Below are positions 1 to 12,401 of a DNA stretch of 64,000 bases, piece by piece. This DNA is from an uncultured Bacteroidales bacterium (GTDB lineage: Bacteria; Bacteroidota; Bacteroidia; Bacteroidales; B18-G4), in contig CAYOLA010000052.1 of NCBI GenBank assembly GCA_964404735.1, positions 3,452 through 67,451 of the forward strand, read 5' to 3'. The notes beneath the pieces were generated by a model. The model did not search any database. It was not told the origin of the DNA and was given only the letters and a program-made list of their open reading frames with translations. The stretch's first letter is position 1; each line of letters begins with the position of its first letter. Position numbers and translations under genes: made by a program.

Positions 1-957
1 CTCCTTGAAAAAATCAGTCCGATTGATCAGGGAAGAACTAAAGAACCGCTGTTTGAACGACACCCATTGCAGGTGATCCTTGGGGATCTCACTGTCGGAA
101 TCCGACTCTGACAGGTAATGCACCTTTTCATTCACTTCACGGTAATAGATGGTGGTACCGCTAAGCCTGTCCTGTGTCTTTTCCTGCCGCCGCAGGTATG
201 TCTGCCAGTTTAGCTGCAATACATCAGGCCTTGAAGTGGGGGTAATATCCTGGTTCAGCCCGACGACCCGGAAACCGTAATCGAGCATGTACTGGTCGCC
301 ATAAATGGTGTAGGTATATTCAAAATATTTACCGGGGTCGAAGGCCATCCCTGGGGCATCGGCATACAACCGGAGTAACAGCCTGACGGAATCGCTGCCG
401 CTGACCCGTAAGGGCTCACCGGCCGGCATTTCTGGCTCGACAGCTACCACTTCAAAGACCAGGTCGGCAGTATTGATATGAGGACTGGGGGTAAGTCCTG
501 TGGGATCGGGATTTATCCGTGGCATGAAGCTGAAGCCGAAGCGGGTGGAATCAGCCCCAAGCAATATCAGGGGCAATGAATCATAGGTCTGGTAATCGCT
601 TAGTTCCACAGAACTGATCATCCCGCCCCGGGTACTGATCAGCACCTTCATCAGGTCATTTTCAACCACGATCAGTTCTTCTTCAGCCGTGCCTGCCTTC
701 ACAAAAGGCCCGTAAACGGCTTTCAGACGGTGAAGGTCCGAAGTTGTATCGGTTATGGCTTCCGCGGGGGCGGGAATGGCAGCCTGCTGCACAGGCGGCA
801 ATACCTTTTCCTCAACGGGCGTGTCCTGAGCCGTATCCTGACTTGTTGTGGCTTCTGTATCAGTTGTGGCATCCTCCTCAGGCGGTGACATCCACTGGCT
901 CCATAAGATAAAAATGCCAAAGATCAGTACCAGCCCAATGATCGTATTCCTGTTCAT
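1..957 (-). CDS. yidC: Membrane protein insertase YidC (N-terminal part; runs off the window edge)
   Basis: Not in the ORF track. Translated by hand from ATG at 957: MNRNTIIGLVLIFGIFILWSQWMSPP..., an N-terminal TM followed by a periplasmic domain. pyrG-yidC order is typical of Bacteroidota. Confidence 0.88.
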   Translation of the reverse strand, partial: MNRNTIIGLVLIFGIFILWSQWMSPPEEDATTDTEATTSQDTAQDTPVEEKVLPPVQQAAIPAPAEAITDTTSDLHRLKAVYGPFVKAGTAEEELIVVENDLMKVLISTRGGMISSVELSDYQTYDSLPLILLGADSTRFGFSFMPRINPDPTGLTPSPHINTADLVFEVVAVEPEMPAGEPLRVSGSDSVRLLLRLYADAPGMAFDPGKYFEYTYTIYGDQYMLDYGFRVVGLNQDITPTSRPDVLQLNWQTYLRRQEKTQDRLSGTTIYYREVNEKVHYLSESDSDSEIPKDHLQWVSFKQRFFSSSLINRTDFFKE

Positions 958-1029
958 CTAAAGTTTATTTTTGGGTATGAAGCCGCAAATATAGTTTTTT
1001 TAAGTCATTTTTTTAAAAACAGGCAGCCA

Positions 1030-2655
<1,626 letters not shown>

Positions 2656-2673
2656 TCAGGGACATTTATCAAT

Positions 2674-2706
2674 AAAAAAAGGGCAATCCGGGGGCGGATT
2701 GCCCTT
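2674..2706 (-). terminator. Intrinsic terminator after gapA
   Basis: Hairpin GGGCAATCCG/CGGATTGCCC followed by T7 on the minus strand. Confidence 0.8.
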
Positions 2707-2721
2707 CCGCAATATTACCTT

Positions 2722-4170
2722 TTAATAATAGAGAAACCTCCTCACGCCGGCTACATGTTTGGCAAGCCTGATCACTTGTATGGTATATCCGAATTCGTTA
2801 TCGTACCAGAGGTAGATCACCAGGCTTTTCCCATCGGCCGAGACCTGCGTGGCGGGGGCATCGTAGATACCGGCCACGGGATCGCCGATAAAGTCGGTCG
2901 ACACCACTTCGTTGGAAGTTGAATACCTGATCTGTTCAACCAGTTTCCCGTGCAGGGCGGCGTCTTTCATCATGGCATCGAAGGCTTCTTTGGTCGTACT
3001 ATTTTTCAGCGAAAGTGAAAGCAGAGCCAGTGAAACGTTCGGTATGGGCACCCGCACAGCATTGGCAGTAAGTTTGCCGGCCAGCGAGGGGATGGCCTTG
3101 GCTGCCGCGGAGCCGGCGCCTGTAGACGTAATGACCATGTTCATGGGAGCCGACCGTCCGCGCCTGGGCTTTTTGTGATAGTTGTCGGTCAGGTTCTGGT
3201 CATTGGTATAGGCATGAATGGTTTCGATATGGCCTTTTTCGATCCCCAGCTTGTTTTCGATCACCCAGAGGGTCGGGACGATGGCATTGGTCGTACACGA
3301 AGCTGCCGAGAATATCTTTTCATTCACGATGTCGAGGTCTTCGTGGTTGATGCCATATACAACATTGGGAATATCGCCCTTTGCCGGAGCAGTAAAGATC
3401 ACCTGGCTCACTCCCCTGGCCCGCAGGTGGCGTCCCAGGCCTTCACGATCCCTGAAAATACCGGTATTATCGATCAGCAGGGCATTTTTTATGCCTTCAG
3501 CTTCGTAATCGAGGTCTTCGGGATTACTGCCTTCCATCATCCTGACGACATTCCCGTTTACATGGATCGATTTGGTGGCAAAATCCTCTATCACATTTCC
3601 ACGGAAAGGCCCGTGAATAGAGTCGTGCCGGATGAGTGATGCACGTTTGGCAATATCTTCGTCGGTAACCTTACGGGTAACCACGGCCCTGACCCGCAAC
3701 TGGCTGCCGTTTCCCTGGATGATCAATTCGCGCAGCAGCAGTCGCCCGATGCGGCCAAATCCGAAAAGCACCACATCACGGGGTTCCTGAAAGGCGGGCT
3801 TACGCCCGATGCCGTCCCGCAACTTTTGGGAGATAAAATCATCGGCATCTTTATAATTTCCCTTTTGCTCCCTCCACTCACTGTTCAGTTTGCCGATATC
3901 AAGCCGCGCATCGGAAATATCGGCCTTTTCGATGGCCCGGGTGAGCAGGAGTGAATCACGGATATCCAGGACATCGCCCGCAACGTTTTTGGCATAGGAA
4001 TGCTTAAAGAGAACGACGCTGGCACTTCTGTCGATCAACTGACTCCTGAAAAGGATCAGTTCAATGTTCCTGTCGAGAAATAGTTTTCCGAGTAAATTAA
4101 TAAATTCCAAAGCTGTTTTTTCATCATCGATCCATTTGTTCAATGATGACTCATAATGGTCTAGTCCCAT
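2722..4170 (-). CDS. gapA: Glyceraldehyde-3-phosphate dehydrogenase, long form with N-terminal extension
   Basis: GFGRIGR, ASCTTN catalytic Cys and WYDNEFGY motifs; about 130 extra N-terminal residues. Confidence 0.96.
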   Translation of the reverse strand: MGLDHYESSLNKWIDDEKTALEFINLLGKLFLDRNIELILFRSQLIDRSASVVLFKHSYAKNVAGDVLDIRDSLLLTRAIEKADISDARLDIGKLNSEWREQKGNYKDADDFISQKLRDGIGRKPAFQEPRDVVLFGFGRIGRLLLRELIIQGNGSQLRVRAVVTRKVTDEDIAKRASLIRHDSIHGPFRGNVIEDFATKSIHVNGNVVRMMEGSNPEDLDYEAEGIKNALLIDNTGIFRDREGLGRHLRARGVSQVIFTAPAKGDIPNVVYGINHEDLDIVNEKIFSAASCTTNAIVPTLWVIENKLGIEKGHIETIHAYTNDQNLTDNYHKKPRRGRSAPMNMVITSTGAGSAAAKAIPSLAGKLTANAVRVPIPNVSLALLSLSLKNSTTKEAFDAMMKDAALHGKLVEQIRYSTSNEVVSTDFIGDPVAGIYDAPATQVSADGKSLVIYLWYDNEFGYTIQVIRLAKHVAGVRRFLYY

Positions 4171-4247
4171 AACATAAGATATTACTGATTTTCAGAAATT
4201 TACGGACGAGATGATCGACACACCCCCTTCCTATGGAAATCAAAAAT

Positions 4248-4290
4248 AAAAAAAAAGGGGGAACAAAAAATTTTGCCCCCCTTTTTTTAT
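4248..4290. terminator. Intrinsic terminator after rpoD (bidirectional shape)
   Basis: A-tract, GGGGG...CCCCCC stem, T-tract. Confidence 0.75.
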
Positions 4291-4303
4291 TGACAATTTT
4301 TCA

Positions 4304-5170
4304 TCATTCCCCCAGGTAAGCTTTCAACAGCTTGCTGCGGGATGTATGTTTGAGCCTTCTGATGGCCTTTTCCTTGATCTGGCGAACCCTTTCACGGGTA
4401 AGGTCGAATTTGGCACCGATCTCTTCGAGGGTAAGCCCGTGTTGCATGCCGATGCCATAGTATAGGTTGATCACATCCCTTTCTTTTTCTGTAAGTGTGG
4501 CCAGTGAGCGCTGGATCTCCTTGTTAAGGGATTCGCGCATCAGGTCGCTGTCGGTTCTGGGAACGTCATCGCTGATGAAGATGTCAAGGAAATTGGTATC
4601 ATCTTCCTGGTTCAGCGGTGCATCAACCGACACGTACCTGGTGGTGATCTTCATGGCCTTATCGATCTTATATTCGGGCAGCTCCATGACCTCAGCGATC
4701 TCGTCTACCGAAGGCGCTCTTTCGAATTGCTGTTCGAGCAGGGAAGTAGCCTTTTTGATCTTGTTGAGGGAGCCAACCTGGTTGAGGGGAAGCCGGACAA
4801 GCCGCGACTGCTCGGCCAGGGCCTGCAATATCGACTGCCTGATCCACCATACCGCATATGAAATGAACTTGAAACCCCTTGTTTCATCGAAACGTTTGGC
4901 GGCCTTGATGAGCCCCAGGTTGCCTTCGTTGATGAGATCAGGCAGGCTGAGTCCCTGGTTCTGATACTGTTTGGCCACGGACACAACAAACCGAAGGTTG
5001 GCTTTGGTAAGCTTTTCCAGCGCCAGGTGATCGCCTGATTTTATTTTTTTTGCGAGTTCAACCTCTTCTTCGGCAGTAATCAATTCTTCCCTGCCAATAT
5101 CCTGAAGGTATTTATCGAGAGATGCTGTTTCGCGATTGGTAATGGATTTTGTGATCTTTAATTGTCTCAT
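4304..5170 (-). CDS. rpoD: Primary RNA polymerase sigma factor, Bacteroidota short type
   Basis: [14 protein letters not shown] start; [22 protein letters not shown] and [12 protein letters not shown] regions. Start trimmed from 5221 to the ATG at 5170. Confidence 0.96.
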   Translation of the reverse strand: MRQLKITKSITNRETASLDKYLQDIGREELITAEEEVELAKKIKSGDHLALEKLTKANLRFVVSVAKQYQNQGLSLPDLINEGNLGLIKAAKRFDETRGFKFISYAVWWIRQSILQALAEQSRLVRLPLNQVGSLNKIKKATSLLEQQFERAPSVDEIAEVMELPEYKIDKAMKITTRYVSVDAPLNQEDDTNFLDIFISDDVPRTDSDLMRESLNKEIQRSLATLTEKERDVINLYYGIGMQHGLTLEEIGAKFDLTRERVRQIKEKAIRRLKHTSRSKLLKAYLGE

Positions 5171-5235
5171 AGTCTTCTGCCTCCAATCTGATATCCCCAG
5201 ACAATTATTTCGAATCATCATTTTGGGAAAACATG

Positions 5236-5243
5236 CAAAGATA
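5236..5243 (-). promoter_or_regulatory. Bacteroidota -7 promoter element (TATCTTTG) for rpoD
   Basis: Matches TAnnTTTG about 65 nt upstream of the start. Confidence 0.6.
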
Positions 5244-5322
5244 CGAAATTTGTGTCTGTTTTAAAAGCTTTTTCTAAATTAAATTCCTAAAAAACTGTTA
5301 AATCCGGATAAGCCATGCCTGC

Positions 5323-6774
5323 TTATAATCCAAATTCAAAAGTCACCCGCATACCATTGGGGTACATCCCGCTGATCCTCACACGGTCACTGTTTTCATT
5401 TAATGCCGATTCAAGTCCTGTGCGTGAATCGACGGCATAACCGTTGACCGTGATAATGACAAATCCCTCACGGATCCCGCCCCGGCTTAGCAAACCGTCG
5501 TCAAGGTCCTTGATCCTGAGGCCTGAGTTGATTTTAAGGCGCTGCATTTCCTCAATGGGTAACCTGCTCAGCGTTGCCCCAAGCCGTTCATTATAAAACT
5601 CTTCCACACGGCTGATGATAGCGGTTGTACCGTCCTCGGTGCGCAACTCCACGTCAAGGATCACTTGCCGTCCTTCGCGTAAAAGGAGGACATCCACTGT
5701 ATTACCGGGGTTATACTGACCGATTATCTCGAGCAACTGCGCCATGCTGTTCACCGGATAATTGTTTACGGCAAGAATGATATCCCCGATCCTGATCCCC
5801 GATTCCATGGCGCCCCCGCCTTCCACCAATCCGTCGACAAAAACTCCTTCGATGCTTTTCAGCCCCAGTTCAGCAGCAAATTTGTGATCGATCTCCCTGA
5901 TGACCACACCCAGGAATGCCCGTTGCACCTCACCGTATTCCTTCATATCGGCGACCACCTTTTTGACAATGTTTACCGGTATGGCAAAGGAATACCCCTG
6001 GTAGTATCCGGTATTGGAGGCGATGGCGGCATTGATGCCCACCAGCTCGCCCCTGTTGTTGACCAGGGCTCCTCCGCTGTTTCCACGGTTTACGGCTGCA
6101 TCGGTCTGTATGAATGATTCGATGGAACCGGGTAATCCGAGGATATTGATATTTCGGGCTTTTGCACTCACAATGCCTGCCGTTACAGTGGAAGTCAGGT
6201 TAAAGGGGTTCCCGACGGCCAGCACCCATTCGCCCACCATCACCTCGTCGGAATTGCCGAACTCAATAGTCGGCAGCCTGCCGGCGTCGATCTTCAGCAG
6301 GGCCAGGTCGGTGCGCGGATCCAGGCCGATCACCGATCCCTCAAACACCCGCTTGTCGTTCAGGATCACCTCAACCATTTCGGCGCCTTCCACCACGTGG
6401 TTATTGGTAACGATATATCCGTCGGGGGAAATGATCACGCCCGACCCCCAGCCTGAGATGGGATAGGTTCTGTTGGGCCTTCTCTCATAACCGAGGTATT
6501 CGCGCAGTGCCCCGAAAAAATCATCGTAAGCCGGACTCTTACGGATAAACTGTGAACGGATGTGAACCACGGCGTGGATGGTTTTGTCGGCCGCCTCCCT
6601 GAAATCGGGCCCGATGGCCGGAGGCGAATTATAAAAGGCTGCCGGCCTTACCGGCGTTAAGTCATATTCCTGCAAAACCCGGTCGGGCTTTTCAGTTGTA
6701 TTCACCAGGGTAATACCATAAAACATCAGTCCTCCCAGGACAAAAACTGCGAAAAAAGTGAAAAACTTCTTCAT
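5323..6774 (-). CDS. htrA: HtrA/DegP/DegQ serine protease with PDZ domains
   Basis: GSGVIIS, TNNHVV, DLALLKI and GNSGGAL triad; two PDZ-like regions. Confidence 0.95.
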   Translation of the reverse strand: MKKFFTFFAVFVLGGLMFYGITLVNTTEKPDRVLQEYDLTPVRPAAFYNSPPAIGPDFREAADKTIHAVVHIRSQFIRKSPAYDDFFGALREYLGYERRPNRTYPISGWGSGVIISPDGYIVTNNHVVEGAEMVEVILNDKRVFEGSVIGLDPRTDLALLKIDAGRLPTIEFGNSDEVMVGEWVLAVGNPFNLTSTVTAGIVSAKARNINILGLPGSIESFIQTDAAVNRGNSGGALVNNRGELVGINAAIASNTGYYQGYSFAIPVNIVKKVVADMKEYGEVQRAFLGVVIREIDHKFAAELGLKSIEGVFVDGLVEGGGAMESGIRIGDIILAVNNYPVNSMAQLLEIIGQYNPGNTVDVLLLREGRQVILDVELRTEDGTTAIISRVEEFYNERLGATLSRLPIEEMQRLKINSGLRIKDLDDGLLSRGGIREGFVIITVNGYAVDSRTGLESALNENSDRVRISGMYPNGMRVTFEFGL

Positions 6775-6962
6775 GGCAATTAGATTTTAGCAATTTCACG
6801 ACTATTCATATAACAATTAAACAGCGCCTTGGTTTAACGTAGCTGTAATGGTTATCGTCTTTCGATCCTGTTAAATAATGTTAAACGCCTGCCCGGCAAA
6901 GGAGCATGGCAAGCAGGCAATTTTTTACTACCTTTGTTTGACAATTTTTACCTGCAAACAGC

Positions 6963-7754
6963 ATGACGATTGCGTTCAAAAAATTTCACGGCACCGGTAA
7001 TGATTTCATTATTACCGATATCAGAAATCATGCCATCTCCGATGAGCCTGACATCATTGCAGGCCTGTGCGACAGGCACATGGGTATTGGAGCGGACGGG
7101 CTTATCATGCTTGACAATTCGGAAGGTTACGATTTTGAAATGCGCTACTTCAATGCCGACGGGCACGAGGCCAGCATGTGCGGGAACGGGGGCAGATGCG
7201 TCCTTGCATATGCATCCCTTCTGGGCATCATCAGCAGGGATGCCCGCTTCATGGCTGCCGACGGCATACACACAGGCAGCATCATCTCCGAAACGGGCAT
7301 TCGTTATATCGTGGAGCTTGGCATGCAGGATGTCAGCATACCAGATAAACAGCAAGAGGATCAGCTTTTCCTCAAAACAGGATCGCCGCATCTCGTTATA
7401 AAAACCAAAAACCTGGATACACTCGATGTATTCCATGAAGGCAGGAAATTGCGTTACGACAAACGTTTCGGCAGTGGCGGCACCAATGTCACCTTTTTGG
7501 AGGAACGACAGAGCAGTCTGCACATCCGCACCTACGAGCGGGGCGTGGAAGATGAAACACGCTCATGCGGCACTGGTGCCACGGCGGCTGCCCTGGCCTG
7601 GGCTGTTTGGCATGGGAAACATGAGGGGCCGGTAAGCGTCAGCACCCGCGGCGGCCCGCTCCTTGTCGGATTTCGAAGAAAAGACAGTCTGTTTACCGAT
7701 GTCAGCCTCGAAGGGCCGGCTGCATACGTATTTTCAGGCGAAATAAATATATAG
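6963..7754 (+). CDS. dapF: Diaminopimelate epimerase
   Basis: KFHGTGNDF, MCGNGGRC, ERGVEDETRSCGTG. Confidence 0.97.
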   Translation: MTIAFKKFHGTGNDFIITDIRNHAISDEPDIIAGLCDRHMGIGADGLIMLDNSEGYDFEMRYFNADGHEASMCGNGGRCVLAYASLLGIISRDARFMAADGIHTGSIISETGIRYIVELGMQDVSIPDKQQEDQLFLKTGSPHLVIKTKNLDTLDVFHEGRKLRYDKRFGSGGTNVTFLEERQSSLHIRTYERGVEDETRSCGTGATAAALAWAVWHGKHEGPVSVSTRGGPLLVGFRRKDSLFTDVSLEGPAAYVFSGEINI

Positions 7755-7760
7755 TCGATA

Positions 7761-8294
7761 ATGATCAAATCAGAGAACATCAGCCTCAGGGCCCCCGAGC
7801 CAACAGATATCGACCTCCTCTACCTGTGGGAAAACGACCCGGAGATGTGGCAGGTCAGCAACACCCTTACACCCTATTCACGCTTCGCCATCGAACAATA
7901 TGTGCTGAATTCGGGCAACGATCTCTATTCCGACCGGCAGCTCCGGCTCATGATCGACCTTCACAAAGCTGATCCTGTAAAAACCGTTGGCTGCATCGAC
8001 CTCTTCGACCTGGACCCGGGCCATCGCCGTGCAGGCATCGGGATCATGATCGTCAGGGGTGAACGCGGCAAAGGATACGCATCCGAAGCCCTCGACCTGA
8101 TAACTACCCACGCCTTCGGCCCCCTGGGCCTTCATCAGCTCTATGCCAACGTCATTGCAGGCAACGAAAAAAGCCTCGAATTATTCAAAAGGAAACATTT
8201 TACCCTGATCGGAGTAAAAAGGGAATGGCTCCGGAATGAAAATTCATGGACAGATGAATATATGCTTCAACTGATCAACCAAAAACACTGCTGA
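7761..8294 (+). CDS. GNAT acetyltransferase (RimJ/SpeG-like)
   Basis: LRAPEPTD...WEND, RGKGYA acetyl-CoA loop, N..S..LF. Confidence 0.85.
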   Translation: MIKSENISLRAPEPTDIDLLYLWENDPEMWQVSNTLTPYSRFAIEQYVLNSGNDLYSDRQLRLMIDLHKADPVKTVGCIDLFDLDPGHRRAGIGIMIVRGERGKGYASEALDLITTHAFGPLGLHQLYANVIAGNEKSLELFKRKHFTLIGVKREWLRNENSWTDEYMLQLINQKHC

Positions 8295-8297
8295 GCA

Positions 8298-9380
8298 ATG
8301 GCTTACTACCACTCGAAATACGGCTACAGTAAAAAGAAGAAACGCCCCCGCTGGATCAGGTTTGTCCTCTGGACATTGTTCCTTCTGATCATCGCTTCCA
8401 TCATTGCCGGCTATTTCCTTTACAATGCCATATTCAGGAATAATGTGTGGATACCCGAAGGCAACAGCGTTTCGGTTTACATCCCCACCGGAGCCACATA
8501 CGATGAAGTGAGACTGATCCTTTACGGGCAGGGCATCATCGTTAACCGCAACACCTTTGAATGGCTTGCTGAACGAAAAAAGTACCCTCAGTTGGTAAAG
8601 CCCGGGCACTATGTGATCCGTAAGGGCATGAGCAACGACGAATTGATCAACCTGCTCAGGATGGGCGAACAAACGCCGGTAAAAGTGATCTTTAACAATA
8701 TCCGCAGAGCAGAGGAACTTGCCCAGAGGATCTCCCTGCAGATCGAAGCCGATTCCGCATCCTTGATCAGCGCCATGACCGACACCACCTACCTGGCCGA
8801 AAAAGGACTCAGCCGGGAAACGGCACTTACCCTGTTCATTCCCAATACCTACGAATTTTACTGGAATACCACGGCCCTGCAATTCATTGAACGCATGCAT
8901 CGCGAATACACGAATTTCTGGAAGGGCAAGCGAAGCCTGAAAGCCGCTGAAACAGAACTCAGCATACCCGAGATCGTGACCCTTGCCTCCATCGTTGAAA
9001 AAGAAACGAACAAGAATGATGAAAAAGCCAGGATCGCAGGCGTATACATGAACCGCCTCAAGAAAAACTGGCTGCTGCAGGCCGATCCCACACTGGTTTA
9101 CGCAGCCGGCGACTTCAGCATTACACGTGTGCTGAACGAGCACAAAAAGATCGATTCGCCCTACAACACCTATATTTATTCCGGCCTCCCGCCAGGCCCC
9201 ATCTGCATCCCTTCCATCGCCTCCATCGATGCGGTGCTCAATTACGAAGAACACGACTACCTTTTCTTTTGCGCCAGCGACGATATGTCGGGCTACCACG
9301 TATTTGCCAAATCCATCACCCAGCATAATAAAAACGCCCGTAAATACCAACGGGCACTTGACCTGCGAAAACAGAACTGA
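8298..9380 (+). CDS. mltG: Endolytic peptidoglycan transglycosylase MltG
   Basis: N-terminal TM; LASIVEKET, LQADPT and SPYNTY...GLPPGPI motifs. Confidence 0.96.
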   Translation: MAYYHSKYGYSKKKKRPRWIRFVLWTLFLLIIASIIAGYFLYNAIFRNNVWIPEGNSVSVYIPTGATYDEVRLILYGQGIIVNRNTFEWLAERKKYPQLVKPGHYVIRKGMSNDELINLLRMGEQTPVKVIFNNIRRAEELAQRISLQIEADSASLISAMTDTTYLAEKGLSRETALTLFIPNTYEFYWNTTALQFIERMHREYTNFWKGKRSLKAAETELSIPEIVTLASIVEKETNKNDEKARIAGVYMNRLKKNWLLQADPTLVYAAGDFSITRVLNEHKKIDSPYNTYIYSGLPPGPICIPSIASIDAVLNYEEHDYLFFCASDDMSGYHVFAKSITQHNKNARKYQRALDLRKQN

Positions 9381-9389
9381 CCAGACAAT

Positions 9390-10331
9390 ATGGCCAAGCA
9401 TGCCAGCCGACAAGCATACCTGCCCGCGAACCATAATTATTTCATGGCGGCATGCCTGGCTTTGTTGCTTTGTTTTGTCGCCTCAGCGCAAACCGACAGC
9501 ACCGGGCTAAACAGAAAAAGGCTTAATACGTTAATCATCGGGGGTTCCGCGGCCTATGTTGGTTCCATGGCCGGCTTATATCAATTATGGTATAAGGATC
9601 ATCCACAATCATCCTTCCATTTTTTTAACGACAATGATGAATGGATGGGGCTTGACAAAACCGGCCATGCACTCACCGCCTACTGGCTGGGCTGGACGGG
9701 ACATCAGGCACTGAGATGGGCCGGGGTGGAAGAAAAAAAGGCTGTATGGTACGGTGGATGCACAGGGCTGATCTATCAAACGACCATTGAGGTCTTCGAC
9801 GGCTTTTCAGCCGGCTGGGGTGCTTCGCCCGGCGACATGCTGGCCAATGTGGCGGGCACCGGGCTGTTCATCGGACAGCAACTGGCATGGCAAGAGCAAC
9901 GGATCCTGCTCAGGTTTTCCTACCACCCGACCAAATATGCGCAGTACCGGCCTGATGTGCTCGGAAAGACAAAGCTCGAAAGCCTGCTGAAGGACTATAA
10001 CGGCCACACATACTGGCTGTCGGGGAATATCCGTTCATTCCTACCTGAATCATCGCGCTTCCCGCCCTGGCTGAACGTTGCCTTTGGTTACGGGGCGAGA
10101 GGAATGCTGGGCGGCAGCGAAAACAAGACAGAATACGAAGGGCAACCCCTGCCCGCCTACAGGCGCACCAGCCGCTGGTTTATGAGCCTCGACATAGAAC
10201 CTGGCAGGATACCCGTGCGTTCCCGAACACTCAAAAAGATTTTCAGCGCCCTGGGTTTTATCAAAATTCCATTGCCAACACTTGAATACAATGCCGAAGA
10301 CCATTTTAAATTCCATATTCTGTATTTTTGA
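9390..10331 (+). CDS. DUF2279/YfiM-like putative outer-membrane protein
   Basis: FHFFNDNDEWMGLDKTGH, EVFDGFSAGWGAS and KDYNGHTYWLS; C-terminal Phe. True start may be slightly downstream. Confidence 0.8.
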   Translation: MAKHASRQAYLPANHNYFMAACLALLLCFVASAQTDSTGLNRKRLNTLIIGGSAAYVGSMAGLYQLWYKDHPQSSFHFFNDNDEWMGLDKTGHALTAYWLGWTGHQALRWAGVEEKKAVWYGGCTGLIYQTTIEVFDGFSAGWGASPGDMLANVAGTGLFIGQQLAWQEQRILLRFSYHPTKYAQYRPDVLGKTKLESLLKDYNGHTYWLSGNIRSFLPESSRFPPWLNVAFGYGARGMLGGSENKTEYEGQPLPAYRRTSRWFMSLDIEPGRIPVRSRTLKKIFSALGFIKIPLPTLEYNAEDHFKFHILYF

Positions 10332-10334
10332 CCC

Positions 10335-11006
10335 ATGAAAGAAAACAGAACTGTTTTATGGGATTTCAACGGCACTTTGCTCGACGACACGAGGGTTTGC
10401 ATTGATGCGATCAATATTTTGCTGAAGGAACGCAACAAAGAAGGGATCAGCGCGGAGCGCTACCGCGAGATCTTCACTTTCCCGGTAAAAGACTATTACA
10501 GCCTGGCAGGTTTTACTTTTGATGAAGAGCCTTTCGAAAAGCCGGCCATTGAATTTATCCGGCATTATGAGCGTATGATTACCGGAAGCAGCCTTTTTGA
10601 AGACGTGAAAGAAACCCTCGAAGAACTGCACAGAAAGAACTACCGGCAAATGATCCTTTCGGCCATGCAGCAGGATTTCCTGAATGTACTGGTTGAACGG
10701 CATTCAATCGGTCACTATTTTGAAAAGATAGCCGGTATCGGGGACCATTATGCCGACGGAAAGCTTGCACTTGCGCGGCAGCTTGTCGACAGCCTTGGTG
10801 GCGAGCGGACCAAAGTCACCCTGATCGGCGACACCCTGCACGACCATGAAGTGGGCAGTGCCCTTGGTATCGAAGTCATTTTGGTCGGCAGGGGGCATCA
10901 GTCTGAAAAGCGCCTGCGGGAAACGGGAAGGCCCGTAGTCCACAACCTGGCCGAAGCAAGGAAAATGCTGGAGATTCATAATGGGCCGGGTATTAATAAA
11001 CGATAA
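10335..11006 (+). CDS. HAD-family hydrolase (phosphoglycolate phosphatase-like)
   Basis: WDFNGTLLD motif I; IGDTLHD motif IV. Confidence 0.88.
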   Translation: MKENRTVLWDFNGTLLDDTRVCIDAINILLKERNKEGISAERYREIFTFPVKDYYSLAGFTFDEEPFEKPAIEFIRHYERMITGSSLFEDVKETLEELHRKNYRQMILSAMQQDFLNVLVERHSIGHYFEKIAGIGDHYADGKLALARQLVDSLGGERTKVTLIGDTLHDHEVGSALGIEVILVGRGHQSEKRLRETGRPVVHNLAEARKMLEIHNGPGINKR

Positions 11007-11018
11007 AACAAATACATT

Positions 11019-12380
11019 ATGCGGATAGCCACAAAAGTCGAAGAGATCATCAACAGCAGCACCCTCCCGCCCGGAAGCATCGTTTATGTTGGCGGCAACG
11101 CTGCCACGCCGCAGGCATTGCTCAGGCAGGTAGCGGCAGACCATAGCATTACCGGCATTGAGATGCTGAGCGTGCTGTTGCTGGGCGAGATCGGGGAACT
11201 GTTCACGGAGGAAGCCTGCAACCGGATCATGCACAGGATCATCTTCAACGGTCCGCATTCGCGGGAGGCCATGAACAACGGCAGGGCCACGTACCAGCTC
11301 ATCCACCTTTCGGATATTCCGCGTCAGCTCAGGAACCATATCAGGCCTACGGTATTGCTCCTGCAACTCAGCGGTCCCGACAACGGGGGGAACTACAGCC
11401 TGGGAACGACCGTAGAAGGCATCAGGGGAGCCATGGATGCCGTGCATGCCAAAGGCGGGCTCGTAATTGCCGAATGCAACCGGCAAATGCCCTTTGTGCT
11501 GGGAACCACCATCAAGGCATCAGATATCGACCACCTCATCCATACCGATTATGAACTGCCGCTGAGCCCGGTTCACCAGGCTGATGAGCGGGCCACCAGA
11601 ATTGGCAGCCTCATTGCGGAACTGTTTATCACCGACGGGAGTACCCTGCAGTATGGTATCGGTGAAGTGCCGGAAGCAGTCACCGCCGCCATCATCAACA
11701 AAGGCGTTAAAAATCTCGGTATCTATACCGAGTTGTTCTCCGATTCCATGCGTACACTCGTGGAAAAAGGCATCGTCAACAACCGCCACCTCAGGAACAA
11801 CTTTTCAGTTTCCACCATCTTTCTCTCAGGAAGCAAGGCAGGCTATAAATGGCTGCATTTCAACAGTTCGGTGCAAAGCAGACCTTCGGACCAGACCAAC
11901 AACGTAATGTACATCTCCGCACAGCCCAGGATGACAGCCATCAACGCGGCCATCGGGGTTGACCTGCACGGCAACATATGGGCCGATTCCCTGGATGCAA
12001 GGCAAATATACAGCGGTATAGGCGGTCAGGCCGACTTTCTGAGGGGATCATATCTTTCTGAGGGAGGAATCCCGGTAATCGCGCTGAAATCGACCACCGA
12101 CAAGGGAATGCCCAAGATCACGGACAAGTGCCCCGAGGGCATCACCACCACTGCCATCGCCGCCGATCCCGTGGTGATCGTTACCGAAAACGGTGCCTTT
12201 AATCCCCGCGGACTAAACATCTCCGAGCATGCCGTTGGCATCGCCCATCTTGCCGCGCCCGAACACAGGGAAAGGCTGCTGAAAATGATCTATGACAGCA
12301 CAGCTTTTCATAAACCCAAACAGGCACTGAAAGATATCAGCCCCAAAGGATTTGTCTCTTACGAACAGGTATTCGGATAG
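11019..12380 (+). CDS. Acetyl-CoA hydrolase / 4-hydroxybutyrate CoA-transferase family protein
   Basis: TLQYGIG, LGIYTELFSD (catalytic Glu position), SGIGGQADF, VTENG. Confidence 0.88.
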   Translation: MRIATKVEEIINSSTLPPGSIVYVGGNAATPQALLRQVAADHSITGIEMLSVLLLGEIGELFTEEACNRIMHRIIFNGPHSREAMNNGRATYQLIHLSDIPRQLRNHIRPTVLLLQLSGPDNGGNYSLGTTVEGIRGAMDAVHAKGGLVIAECNRQMPFVLGTTIKASDIDHLIHTDYELPLSPVHQADERATRIGSLIAELFITDGSTLQYGIGEVPEAVTAAIINKGVKNLGIYTELFSDSMRTLVEKGIVNNRHLRNNFSVSTIFLSGSKAGYKWLHFNSSVQSRPSDQTNNVMYISAQPRMTAINAAIGVDLHGNIWADSLDARQIYSGIGGQADFLRGSYLSEGGIPVIALKSTTDKGMPKITDKCPEGITTTAIAADPVVIVTENGAFNPRGLNISEHAVGIAHLAAPEHRERLLKMIYDSTAFHKPKQALKDISPKGFVSYEQVFG

Positions 12381-12401
12381 GCGGATGCCCAAACAGTTTT
12401 A

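Noticed and set aside
2722-4170. N-terminally extended GAPDH as a novel fusion
   Set aside because: The ~480-aa GAPDH form is a known, widespread subfamily.
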